NCBI GenBank assembly: GCA_030601705.1
Contig: JAUWBM010000003.1
Coordinates: 1 to 62,891 of the forward strand
Reading direction: 5' to 3'
DNA length: 62,891 nucleotides
DNA from: Thermoplasmatota archaeon
GTDB lineage: Archaea; Thermoplasmatota; E2; DHVEG-1
Part shown: one piece after another, positions 40,233 to 49,255 of the stretch
Layout: each line of letters starts with the position of its first letter
Numbering within the stretch: position 1 is the first letter of the stretch
Notes under the pieces: model-generated
Seen by the model: the letters and a program-made list of their open reading frames with translations, nothing else
Told to the model about the DNA's origin: nothing
Databases searched by the model: none
Program-made: the position numbers and the translations under genes

Positions 40233-42002
40233 TTAGGAAATTGGTTTATATATGCTTTGTGGATTTTCAGATATTAATCTCCCATAAAATTCTAAAACAT
40301 ATCTGTCTGTCATCCCTGCAATAAAATCACATATAAGACGTGTTTTATCCTCCTTTTCTAATTTCTTATATATTTCTCTATAATCGTCTGGCAATAATAA
40401 ATTACCTTCAGGATTTTTTAATACATTAAATATCGTTTTAATAATCTCATATCCTCTATATGCCGGAATTTTTATTAAATTTGATGATATTATACTTTTA
40501 TATACAAAATTCTTTAAAACTTCAACTTCCTCTCTTATTTCTTCTTTTAAGTTAATAGACATTAAAGGATTGAAGCTACATTCTTCTATATAAACACCCG
40601 TGACAAATCTTGCAATTAAACTAGATGTTAATCTTACACGCTCATACCCATTATACTGAAATGTATTAGCCCTTTCATAAAAAAGTAGAGATGATACTAA
40701 AGGAGGTACTTCCTTGCCGTCAATTTTTTGATATGATTCTTTAAAATCATCTAAGCTCAAAGGTTCATTAAAAATTCTCATAAAAATATTTTTTACATCC
40801 TCGTCTTTATAATCAGTTCTTACCAATTTTCCACATTTATTTAAATTTTTATACATATATTCAACCACTTCTTCTTTAGGTGCAAGACAATCATATAATG
40901 AGATAAAATTTCCTTTTAAGGCGTCTTCAAAATCATAAGTAGAATATGCAATATCGTCTGCAATATCCATTATTTGACATTCAATTGTTTCAAAATCTTT
41001 CTGCTTTTCATTTTTAATAATATTTTTTTTAATTTTTTTTACTAATTCTTCTTCTGATTTGTAGTATCCCCTTTTTATTATTCCATCATCCCAATTTTTC
41101 AAAGCTGAAATAATTTTTAATTTATATTTTTCCAAACCATTACTTAATTTAGTTTTTTTCAGTTCTTCTAAACATGGTTCACATAAATAGCCCTCATCAT
41201 ATATAACTCCATTTTTTTTCAATGTTTTCTCAATATTTTCAACATCAATCAAACTATTTGCTTTTTTTATTTCAGTATCAATCTTTTTTTTCAGTTTTTC
41301 ATTTTTAAGTTTATTTTCATATTCTTTTTTAATTTCTTCAGTAATTACTTTTTCAAAGTGATTTTTAAAAATTTTTTTTGATAATTTTTTATTTCTTGTT
41401 AAAGGTATTAACTTATCATATTTTAGTATAGATGCTAAAGAACGATAAGTTAAGTTTAACCCATGTCTCTCATCTTTACCATTTTCTATTCCTAAATCAT
41501 CAGGGTTTTCTCCTTTTTTTTCCTTTTTTTCTATTTTAGCAAGTATCCTTAATGTTTGTGCATTTCCTTCAAATCCGCCATATTCAGCCATACAATCGTC
41601 CAGAGCTTTCTCCCCTTGATGTCCAAATGGAGGATGCCCTAAATCATGAGCAAGACCAGCAATTTCAACAATCTCAATATTGATTTTTTCATGACATTTT
41701 TTTTCATGTTCGATAAATTCAGGTTTTTTATTCAAAAATGATGCAATTACTTTTCCTATCTGTGCTACTTCCAATGAATGGGTTAGCCTATTTCTAAAAA
41801 AATCCGATTCTCCAATTGGAAACAATTGACATTTACATTGTAACCTTCTAAAAGAAGGTGAGTGGATGATTCTGCAGTAATCTCTATAATATTCATCTCT
41901 TGGGTCTTTAAAATCTTCTAAATTATAAAATTTTTTATATTCCTTATTAGAATACCTTTTTTTATCATCAGCAGAATATAAGATATTTATTTCCTCCCAC
42001 AA
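40233..42002 (-). CDS. dgt: dGTPase-like dNTP triphosphohydrolase (HD domain)
   Basis: RNRLTHSLEV, HDLGHPPFGH, FEGNAQ, ADDIAY and DFIAGMTD motifs. Confidence 0.9.
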   Translation of the reverse strand: MWEEINILYSADDKKRYSNKEYKKFYNLEDFKDPRDEYYRDYCRIIHSPSFRRLQCKCQLFPIGESDFFRNRLTHSLEVAQIGKVIASFLNKKPEFIEHEKKCHEKINIEIVEIAGLAHDLGHPPFGHQGEKALDDCMAEYGGFEGNAQTLRILAKIEKKEKKGENPDDLGIENGKDERHGLNLTYRSLASILKYDKLIPLTRNKKLSKKIFKNHFEKVITEEIKKEYENKLKNEKLKKKIDTEIKKANSLIDVENIEKTLKKNGVIYDEGYLCEPCLEELKKTKLSNGLEKYKLKIISALKNWDDGIIKRGYYKSEEELVKKIKKNIIKNEKQKDFETIECQIMDIADDIAYSTYDFEDALKGNFISLYDCLAPKEEVVEYMYKNLNKCGKLVRTDYKDEDVKNIFMRIFNEPLSLDDFKESYQKIDGKEVPPLVSSLLFYERANTFQYNGYERVRLTSSLIARFVTGVYIEECSFNPLMSINLKEEIREEVEVLKNFVYKSIISSNLIKIPAYRGYEIIKTIFNVLKNPEGNLLLPDDYREIYKKLEKEDKTRLICDFIAGMTDRYVLEFYGRLISENPQSIYKPIS

Positions 42003-42720
42003 TGAAATTTTTTAAAATTTACATTATTTTTCTTTAGATTTAACTTGACTGTTATTTTGATATAACTTGAATATGTAATTATTTCTAATGAAATTATGTA
42101 CATATTCTAATCTTTCTTCTTTATCCATGTATCTATAATCTGCTTATTGTTACTTAATTCTTTGCATTCTAGGGTTCTGTGAAAAAGTACTGTGGGGAAT
42201 TAACTGTGTAAATTGTCTTAACAATAAGCTGAACCTATCGCCAATTCTATCAAATCTCCCCAGTTCTGTATACCTTCTCCAATTCCAGACAATTACTTTT
42301 ATGACGAAGTATTGGGGGATTGCACTGGGTGACATTGAATACACTGAAGCGTAGTTAAGTAATATAGAGGATTGCCCTTAATCACAGATTCTTCTTGACA
42401 TAACCAGGTATAGACCACAGCCATAGCAGAATCATTGCACGGCTCAAAGTCGCATGATGCTAATATTTGTTGATTAGTGCTGCCCAGAGTTGTCCAGATA
42501 CGTTAAAAATTGTCCAGGTGAGATACTGACCACTGTTACAATAAAAAAATCATCAGAACATTTAAATTATATACGAGGATTCAAAATGGGGCAAAAGAGG
42601 CAAGGTTATGAAAAAAGGAAATTTCCTTTTAATTAGTGAAAGAAAATGTCGTATCATTAGTAATAGGATTTTTTGTTGCCTTAATTTCAGATGTATTGAT
42701 GAATAATTAGCGAGAGTAAT

Positions 42721-45717
42721 ATGAACAAATCAATTTCCAATGAGCATTTTAATTCTCTACTTAACTATTATATTTCTTGTCTGGAAAAGGAGGATATGCT
42801 ATCATTAACTTTCAATTTAAAGTCTGATGGTAAAAAATTCCATTCAAATATCATAAAGAATGAAGAATTATTTCAAGCCAAAAAAGAACAAATACAAATA
42901 ACAAAATCTTTGAAAATTGAAAATTTCATTCAGAATTATAAACTTACTCAAAAGAATAAATCTATGTTCTATGGATATCCTCTATACATAGACTCAAATG
43001 GAGATGTAAGTCCAATTTTTTTCATAGAAATATTTCTCGAAGAAAAAGATAATAATATCATATTTACAAAAGAATCAGTTACCCCCGAATTTAACCATTA
43101 TATATTGAAGAAAAATGGTTTTCAAATTGAAGAAATTGAAAAAATCCAAATTGAATTAGAAGAAGAAGATAATATAATTATAAAATTAGAAAAGGTATTG
43201 GAATTACTACACCTTAAAAATGAAAATATTTCGCCCACATTACAAACATGTGAGTTAGAAATTAAACCATTTCAACATCTTGTAAATAAGGTTATGATAT
43301 ATTTTGGTGAGCGAACTGGTATTACTAAAGGTTTAATAAGAGAACTTCAAAAACTTAAAAAAATATCTTATCATCAAATCAAATCAAGCTCTTTGGGTCA
43401 TTTTTTAGATTATAATTCTGATTCAACAACTCAAACTATAGATAAACCTCTTTTAGAAATATTTGAAACGAATAACTCACAGGAGAAATCCGTATTAAAT
43501 GCTTTAGAAAAACCCATAACTGTTATTACTGGTCCGCCTGGAACAGGAAAATCCCAAGTGGTCCTCAATATCATTGCAAATGCTGTTTATAATGATAAGA
43601 CAATATTATTTTCAAGTAAGAACAATAGAGCTGTTGATGTTGTACTTGACAAACTTCATTCAATACTATCCCATGATTTAGTTATCAGAATGGGTACAAA
43701 GCGACATCGTAGGGAGGCAAAATTAAAAATTGAAAAATTGCTAAATGGGAAAGATTCCATAGAGCTACTGAAAGATAATGATAAAAAAATTGAACTCCTT
43801 AATGATATTAATCAAGAAATCAAATCAATTAATATGAATCTTGATTCAATGTCTGAACTGAATAATCGCATAGACAATTCACAAAATGAAATAGATACTC
43901 TTGCAAAGCAACTTCCATTGGACCTTTTTTTCCTTTGCAAGGAAGATAGTTATTCTCATATTGATAAATTCAGATTAGAAGGGGAAATAGAGGATGTTTT
44001 TGCTGATACTGAAGGTATTATCAGGAAAATATTGAAATTATTATTTCCAAGGAGATACATAAAGAAACAACAAAGACTTTTTAACGAATATTATGATAAA
44101 ATGCTGCCTCCTTTCAAGAAATATTTAGACAGAAACATCATTTCCGAAAAAGATGATTTTAAAAAAGCATTAGAATGGATTCTAACCTTTAAAATAATGG
44201 ATATTCTACAAGAGGATATAACATCAGCCAGTAAAGAATTAACTAAATCTCCCTCTATTTTTGACTTATTTGAAAAAGTTGCTGAATTGCATGAAAAAAG
44301 AGTGAAACTATCACGACCCTTATTTGAAGATTACTGGATTAGAAAAATAAAAGGAATAGATATTGAGAGACATAATAGTGTTTCAAGATATTTCGATGTT
44401 TCAGAAAAGTTAGAAAAATACGTTGAGCCTTATAACCTATGGAAACAATTAGATTCAAACCATAAGAAGGAAATGGATGAGATTTTATCATTCTTACCTG
44501 TTTGGGTTGTAACAAATCTGTCAGCAAAAAATAGTTTCCCACTGGAAAATAGATTATTTGATTTATTAGTTATTGATGAAGCTTCTCAATGCGATATCGC
44601 TTCTGCTCTCCCGTTACTGTATCGTGCAAAACATGTTGTAATAATTGGTGACCCAAAACAATTAAAACATATCTCTCTGATTAGAGAATCACAAGATAAA
44701 AGAATTGCCTCCTTTGAAAACGCTGATAATTTATTTTTAGATTTTTCATATTCAAAGAATTCACTATATGATTTAGCAGAACGGACAATAATAGATAGAA
44801 ATGAGCTACCAATTTTATTAAATGAACATTATCGGTCTCATCGAGATATAATCACATTTTCAAATGAATTTTTCTATGAGAATAAATTAAATATACAGAC
44901 AGATGAGAATAAACTGATATCAAATAAATATGTTAAAAAAAGAGTTAGCTGGATTGACGTTAAAGGTAAGACAATACGTTTTAAGAGTTCTTATTGTATG
45001 GAAGAAGCAGATGAAATTATAAATGTCCTGAAAAAACTTCAACGTTTAGATATGAATAATATTTCCATCGGCATTGTAACATTATTCAAAGCTCAAATGG
45101 ATTTGATTATAGAAAAAATAAAGAGACATAATCTATATGAAATTAATAATGGAGATATTACTGTTGGAACTACACATCGGTTTCAAGGTGATGAAAAAGA
45201 TATCATAATTTTTTCACCTGCTATCTCTGAAGGAATAAAACAGAAAACAATAAACTGGATACATTCAACAAATCAACTAATAAACGTTGCAATTACTAGG
45301 GCTAGAAGTGAATTGATAATAGTAGGAAATAAAAAAATATGTTCAGAGGCTGGAGGGATATTAAAAGAATTGGTAAATTATATTGACGCAAAAAAAGAAT
45401 CTGAAATTATTTTTGATTCCAACATTGAACAAAAATTCTATAATAGCTTAAAGATGAATAATATCAAAGTCATTCCTCAATATTGGACAAAAATTAAGGA
45501 TAAAAAAGCATATCGGCTGGATTTTGCATTGTTTGTTAATAGTAAAAAATTCGACATAGAAGTTGATGGTGATAAAGCCCATTCCTTGATAGTAGATTAT
45601 GATATTCTTAGAGATATACATTTGAGAATGGAAGGATGGAATATTAGAAGATTCGGAGCTAATAAAATTCAAAATCAACTAAATGAGGTTGTTGATGAAA
45701 TAAAAAGAATGTGTTAA
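42721..45717 (+). CDS. SF1 (Upf1/DNA2-like) helicase with a C-terminal DUF559/Vsr-like nuclease
   Basis: GPPGTGKS, IDEASQ, GDPKQL, HYRS, FQGDE and NVAITRA motifs, then RLDF...IEVDG..H...RD. Confidence 0.85.
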   Translation: MNKSISNEHFNSLLNYYISCLEKEDMLSLTFNLKSDGKKFHSNIIKNEELFQAKKEQIQITKSLKIENFIQNYKLTQKNKSMFYGYPLYIDSNGDVSPIFFIEIFLEEKDNNIIFTKESVTPEFNHYILKKNGFQIEEIEKIQIELEEEDNIIIKLEKVLELLHLKNENISPTLQTCELEIKPFQHLVNKVMIYFGERTGITKGLIRELQKLKKISYHQIKSSSLGHFLDYNSDSTTQTIDKPLLEIFETNNSQEKSVLNALEKPITVITGPPGTGKSQVVLNIIANAVYNDKTILFSSKNNRAVDVVLDKLHSILSHDLVIRMGTKRHRREAKLKIEKLLNGKDSIELLKDNDKKIELLNDINQEIKSINMNLDSMSELNNRIDNSQNEIDTLAKQLPLDLFFLCKEDSYSHIDKFRLEGEIEDVFADTEGIIRKILKLLFPRRYIKKQQRLFNEYYDKMLPPFKKYLDRNIISEKDDFKKALEWILTFKIMDILQEDITSASKELTKSPSIFDLFEKVAELHEKRVKLSRPLFEDYWIRKIKGIDIERHNSVSRYFDVSEKLEKYVEPYNLWKQLDSNHKKEMDEILSFLPVWVVTNLSAKNSFPLENRLFDLLVIDEASQCDIASALPLLYRAKHVVIIGDPKQLKHISLIRESQDKRIASFENADNLFLDFSYSKNSLYDLAERTIIDRNELPILLNEHYRSHRDIITFSNEFFYENKLNIQTDENKLISNKYVKKRVSWIDVKGKTIRFKSSYCMEEADEIINVLKKLQRLDMNNISIGIVTLFKAQMDLIIEKIKRHNLYEINNGDITVGTTHRFQGDEKDIIIFSPAISEGIKQKTINWIHSTNQLINVAITRARSELIIVGNKKICSEAGGILKELVNYIDAKKESEIIFDSNIEQKFYNSLKMNNIKVIPQYWTKIKDKKAYRLDFALFVNSKKFDIEVDGDKAHSLIVDYDILRDIHLRMEGWNIRRFGANKIQNQLNEVVDEIKRMC

Positions 45718-45733
45718 TTTTGGAGGAGGAAAA

Positions 45734-45937
45734 ATGGTCGAAAAGAAGGAAGACCCATGTCCTTTAAAAGTACCTGAGTGGGTACAATATCTTACGTTTG
45801 AACAAAACCGAGAAAGAGCCGATTATAATAATACAGAAGTATCTATCCTTACAAAAACAATCATAATGCTTGCGATAATAAATGCAATTCTGATTATTCT
45901 TACAATTCTTAATACACTCGATTTTGCGCTCTGTTGA
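45734..45937 (+). CDS. Small TM protein
   Basis: Preceded by TTTTGGAGGAGG. Its 3' end runs into repeat A. Confidence 0.55.
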   Translation: MVEKKEDPCPLKVPEWVQYLTFEQNRERADYNNTEVSILTKTIIMLAIINAILIILTILNTLDFALC

Positions 45938-45987
45938 ATTGGCGGGTGTCGGGTGGTGACTAACTCGGGTGGTGAAAACGGGAGGTA
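45920..45987 (+). repeat. Repeat A, left copy (inverted partner at 50732-50800)
   Basis: CTGTTGAAT.GCGGGTGTCGGGTGGTGACT...TCGGGTGGTGAA..CGGGAGGTA. Confidence 0.9.
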
Positions 45988-45990
45988 TAA

Positions 45991-46251
45991 TTATACTTTC
46001 AATCCAAATTCTTCTTTTGATGCTGTCTTATATTTTTCATATATTCTTTTTGATTGCTTAGAACAATGACTTTTTCCCTTTCCTGTATCAAGAAACATAA
46101 AATTAAGAATCCGCATGTTGAAACTTCCAACGCTTATACCATTTTCCTTATTCAATCTATTTGCTCTTTCTCTTTGTTCTTCTTTATTTAAAAATTTATA
46201 TGAATAAAATACAATTTTATCTTCTTCCTTAGTCCACCTATGTTCATTCAT
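45991..46251 (-). CDS. Small basic protein (Myb/HTH-like WTKEED)
   Basis: TTATATAA about 24 bp upstream suggests a leaderless transcript. Confidence 0.6.
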   Translation of the reverse strand: MNEHRWTKEEDKIVFYSYKFLNKEEQRERANRLNKENGISVGSFNMRILNFMFLDTGKGKSHCSKQSKRIYEKYKTASKEEFGLKV

Positions 46252-46294
46252 TTAAGGTTCTTAATTTGTTATTATTATATAATTCTGTTGTTTG

Positions 46295-46432
46295 TTCGGG
46301 TTGCAAAATCTTATAAAAAACCATACTATTGTTTTTTGCAGTCTCCTCTTAACATGTATTAGTCACCAACTTATATAGTGGAAAACTTTGACAACTGCGG
46401 TTTTCTATCAAAAAAGAGGAGAGCAAAAAATA
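46295..46432 (+). repeat. Repeat B, left copy (inverted partner at 49042-49177)
   Basis: The 76-bp core 46341-46416 matches the reverse complement of 49056-49131 with 2 mismatches. Confidence 0.92.
46341..46423 (+). ncRNA. Candidate ~85-nt structured RNA (copy 1)
   Basis: TTATAAAA at 46311-46318, closing stem TCTCCTCTT/AAGAGGAGA, inner stem GAAAACT/GGTTTTC. Confidence 0.4.
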
Positions 46433-46517
46433 TTGATTTTTTCCGCAGATTATAATTATATCAAGCATTATTAGATACTGATGGGTAACGTGAATATAGA
46501 TGAGGAGTTAAAAAAGA

Positions 46518-46721
46518 GTGGAAAAGGTGAATAAATTTATGAAAATATACAAAAGGTCTTTAGCAGAACATCATGAGAGTGGAGTTGCTATAGTGAGATA
46601 CCCTGATGGTAAAGAGATAATATTGCCAGGAAATATAGCCAAAATGATGGCAGAGAATCATCCTGAACAATATTGCATTACACAGAGAAGACCTTCAAAA
46701 AGACCTTGGCGTCATAGATAA
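46518..46721 (+). CDS. Hypothetical protein
   Basis: GAGGAG RBS upstream. Confidence 0.45.
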   Translation: MEKVNKFMKIYKRSLAEHHESGVAIVRYPDGKEIILPGNIAKMMAENHPEQYCITQRRPSKRPWRHR

Positions 46722-46763
46722 AATCAGGTTTAAGTGGAAAAAACTCAGAAAATAAATCTGGCA

Positions 46764-47312
46764 TTACTTTTTTATATGATGCAAAAATGCCTGAACTGTT
46801 TTTCCAGGAGTTACATCAAATTTCCATTCATCTTCTTTTGTCATCCTGTATTGCTGATAAAGGGAGTATACATCTCTTCTCCAATTCCTTATTGAGTAAT
46901 ATTCATCGTCAAAAACCATCAACAGGTGATGGAAATCATATGGCGGTTTCAACCTGTCAATTTTTTCTAAATCTTCTTTAATTCTTCTTTTATATTTTTC
47001 TTTTAATCCATTATAATTATTGTGGAGTCTAATGGTCTTTACTTCTAACCAGTGTTCTTTATTATTATTGGACCACCACAAATCACATTTTTCAAAATTT
47101 CGCCCTGTTTTTATGTGATATGAATGTTCCCCTTCAGCTTTTTCAACTTCATTTTTTTCTTTCAATTCCAAAAGTTTTGCCAGCATTTCTGTGTTAATCC
47201 AATGTTCAATTCTTTTTCCCCTTTTGACCCCTCTACAATAAACTTCTTTGAGAATTTCCTTTCTTGGTTCTATCGATGATATTAAGTATCTAACAACTTC
47301 TTTTGGTTCCAT
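46764..47312 (-). CDS. PD-(D/E)xK nuclease-like protein
   Basis: E.W...CDLW...WLEVK motif. Confidence 0.55.
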   Translation of the reverse strand: MEPKEVVRYLISSIEPRKEILKEVYCRGVKRGKRIEHWINTEMLAKLLELKEKNEVEKAEGEHSYHIKTGRNFEKCDLWWSNNNKEHWLEVKTIRLHNNYNGLKEKYKRRIKEDLEKIDRLKPPYDFHHLLMVFDDEYYSIRNWRRDVYSLYQQYRMTKEDEWKFDVTPGKTVQAFLHHIKK

Positions 47313-47373
47313 ATATATCTCCCCCCTTGCAGAATACAATCAGAATTTTTAAATCTTGGGGTTTTAAAATATA

Positions 47374-47409
47374 GACTTTTTACACAAGTGGGACTTTTTA
47401 CACAAAGCC
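47374..47409 (+). repeat. Repeat C, tandem GACTTTTTACACAA x2
   Basis: 18-bp period. Homologous array at 48704-48759. Confidence 0.8.
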
Positions 47410-47559
47410 GAAAAAGGGAACTTTGCCCTAAAATTACCTGAAAACATCGAATTTTAGGTCAGAAGCGGTAATTTAAAGTCAATACCAAAAATTATTTAAA
47501 TAATTTGTTTATATGTGACATGGTAACAATTTACTTATATGTTGTAAGGTGATAAAAAA

Positions 47560-47934
47560 ATGATTGGTAAAAAACTAATAATTATACTCTTTTCAATAAT
47601 AATAATTTTAACTACTTTTTCACAGATTGTCATATCTTCTACTGACAAAGAGAAAAATGATAAAAAAATGATTACTGGATATGCCTATTCTGGATTTGTA
47701 ATAGGCAGAATAAAGGATTTAAAACGATTTTATAGTTTAGCACATATGACTTGTCAAGCAGTAAATGTATATTGGTCTATTACATGGTTACCCCCTCATT
47801 ATCCTCATACCGAGTCTAGATGGATTGATTCAGGTGAAATAGAAATATATAGACCAGTTTCGGGAATTGTATTACGAAACTTTATTTTCGTACATATTGA
47901 TTGGGTAGTTTCTAATAAAATACCCAACCCATGA
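47560..47934 (+). CDS. Secreted hypothetical protein
   Basis: Signal peptide and a GGTGA RBS. Confidence 0.6.
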   Translation: MIGKKLIIILFSIIIILTTFSQIVISSTDKEKNDKKMITGYAYSGFVIGRIKDLKRFYSLAHMTCQAVNVYWSITWLPPHYPHTESRWIDSGEIEIYRPVSGIVLRNFIFVHIDWVVSNKIPNP

Positions 47935-48186
47935 ACAATGGCGGGTATGAAAAGTTATCATGAGACAACCACCATTTATTGCTGAAGAAATATCACTAAA
48001 AACAATGAGGATAAAACCAAGATTCGGAATTAGAATCATGAAATCTGGTCGTTTAGTCATATATTGTTTTAACGATGGAGAAAAAGTTTCAATATCTTGT
48101 TGAATGTACCAATATGCTATATTGTGTTTGTCAAGCCATTCTTTGAATTCATGTTCTGCTTCTCTTTCTTTTTCCTTCATATTCAT
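47872..48186 (-). pseudogene. Truncated PD-(D/E)xK nuclease
   Basis: AE..F...KRPDFMIL..GFILI, then sequence diverges before the expected D/E-x-K. Tail overlaps a convergent gene. Confidence 0.45.
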
Positions 48187-48292
48187 TTCAATTCATTGAG
48201 ACTGTAGATATTGTTGAAATAAAACTCTTTTGTATGAATAAGTATTAGAAAAATCTAAAAACTTTTGACCTTTTTAGATAAAAATAAATTGG

Positions 48293-48628
48293 GTGACTAT
48301 GACTAAAAAGGCAACTTTGCGATATTTACAGCCAGAATATGGAAGATTCATCCTCTGTACGTGGAGGATATCAGGCATCCAATGGAAAATAGTTGAAGAA
48401 ATACGAAACTGGACTGACGGAACGGTTCATTTGGAAGGAAATCCAAGAATATGGTTTAAACGAAGAAATCCAGATGAATACCCAGCAGAATACGAATTAA
48501 ATATTAGGGGGCGAGGACATGACGATAGATGTACTTGGTGTAAATCATTTAGAACAGCACTTACAACTAAGATGAAAGAAGAATTGTGTTATTCCATTGA
48601 GGAAATCGGTGGCTGTGATTTTGACTAA
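48293..48628 (+). CDS. Hypothetical protein
   Basis: 111-aa ORF in an otherwise empty space. Confidence 0.55.
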   Translation: MTMTKKATLRYLQPEYGRFILCTWRISGIQWKIVEEIRNWTDGTVHLEGNPRIWFKRRNPDEYPAEYELNIRGRGHDDRCTWCKSFRTALTTKMKEELCYSIEEIGGCDFD

Positions 48629-48703
48629 AACAGATATAAGATTTTAAGGGTATTATTCTTATCAACCCAAAAATTCTGGCAATGCAACAAAGCTTCATAA
48701 ATC

Positions 48704-48759
48704 GACTTTTTACACAGAATTCTTACTTTATACACAACTGGCACTTAATACACAAAGCC
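48704..48759 (+). repeat. Repeat C, tandem ACTT(T/A)(T/A)TACACA x3
   Basis: Units at 48704, 48724 and 48742. Ends in CACAAAGCC, as the first array does. Confidence 0.75.
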
Positions 48760-48942
48760 TATTTTTCTTTTGAGGAAGAATCGTGTTCCTACATTTTCAC
48801 CTGCTGAAGTCAGAGGTATGACTTCGATTAGTTCCCAACCATCTTTACCTAAGTCATTTAGAATTTTTTTCGCTTCCCCTACATCTTTATCGCTCATAAT
48901 CTTTTGTCTAATACTAATTATCGTATATTCCCAATTTACCAT
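48745..48942 (-). CDS. DUF4177-like small protein
   Basis: WEY...LNDLGKDGWEL...FLKR pattern. Confidence 0.75.
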   Translation of the reverse strand: MVNWEYTIISIRQKIMSDKDVGEAKKILNDLGKDGWELIEVIPLTSAGENVGTRFFLKRKIGFVY

Positions 48943-49041
48943 GTATATTGCAAGAATTAAAATGTTTAATAGCTTTTTGAAAAATGTTATTTAAAGTCAA
49001 ACTCATTAATTTTAGGGCAAAGCCATAGCTGATTATTGTCG

Positions 49042-49177
49042 TATTTTGGTCTCCCCTTTTTTGATAGAAAACTGCAGTTGTCAAAGTTTTCCACTGTATA
49101 AGTTGGTGACTAATACATGTTAAGAGGAGACCAGAAAACACATATAATGGTTTGTTTAAATGATTTTGCAACCCGAA
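49042..49177 (-). repeat. Repeat B, right copy (contains candidate ncRNA copy 2 at ~49048-49132)
   Basis: Reverse complement of 46295-46432. Confidence 0.92.
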
Positions 49178-49255
49178 TAGTCAACACCATACTATATAGA
49201 ACCTGTATTTAAGAAATATTCTAACATCCTTCATATTACTAATATCATAATTTCT

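Noticed and set aside
42150-42560. 64-aa ORF or ncRNA upstream of the dGTPase
   Set aside because: The frames I translated were short or interrupted, and no convincing structure or repeat was found.
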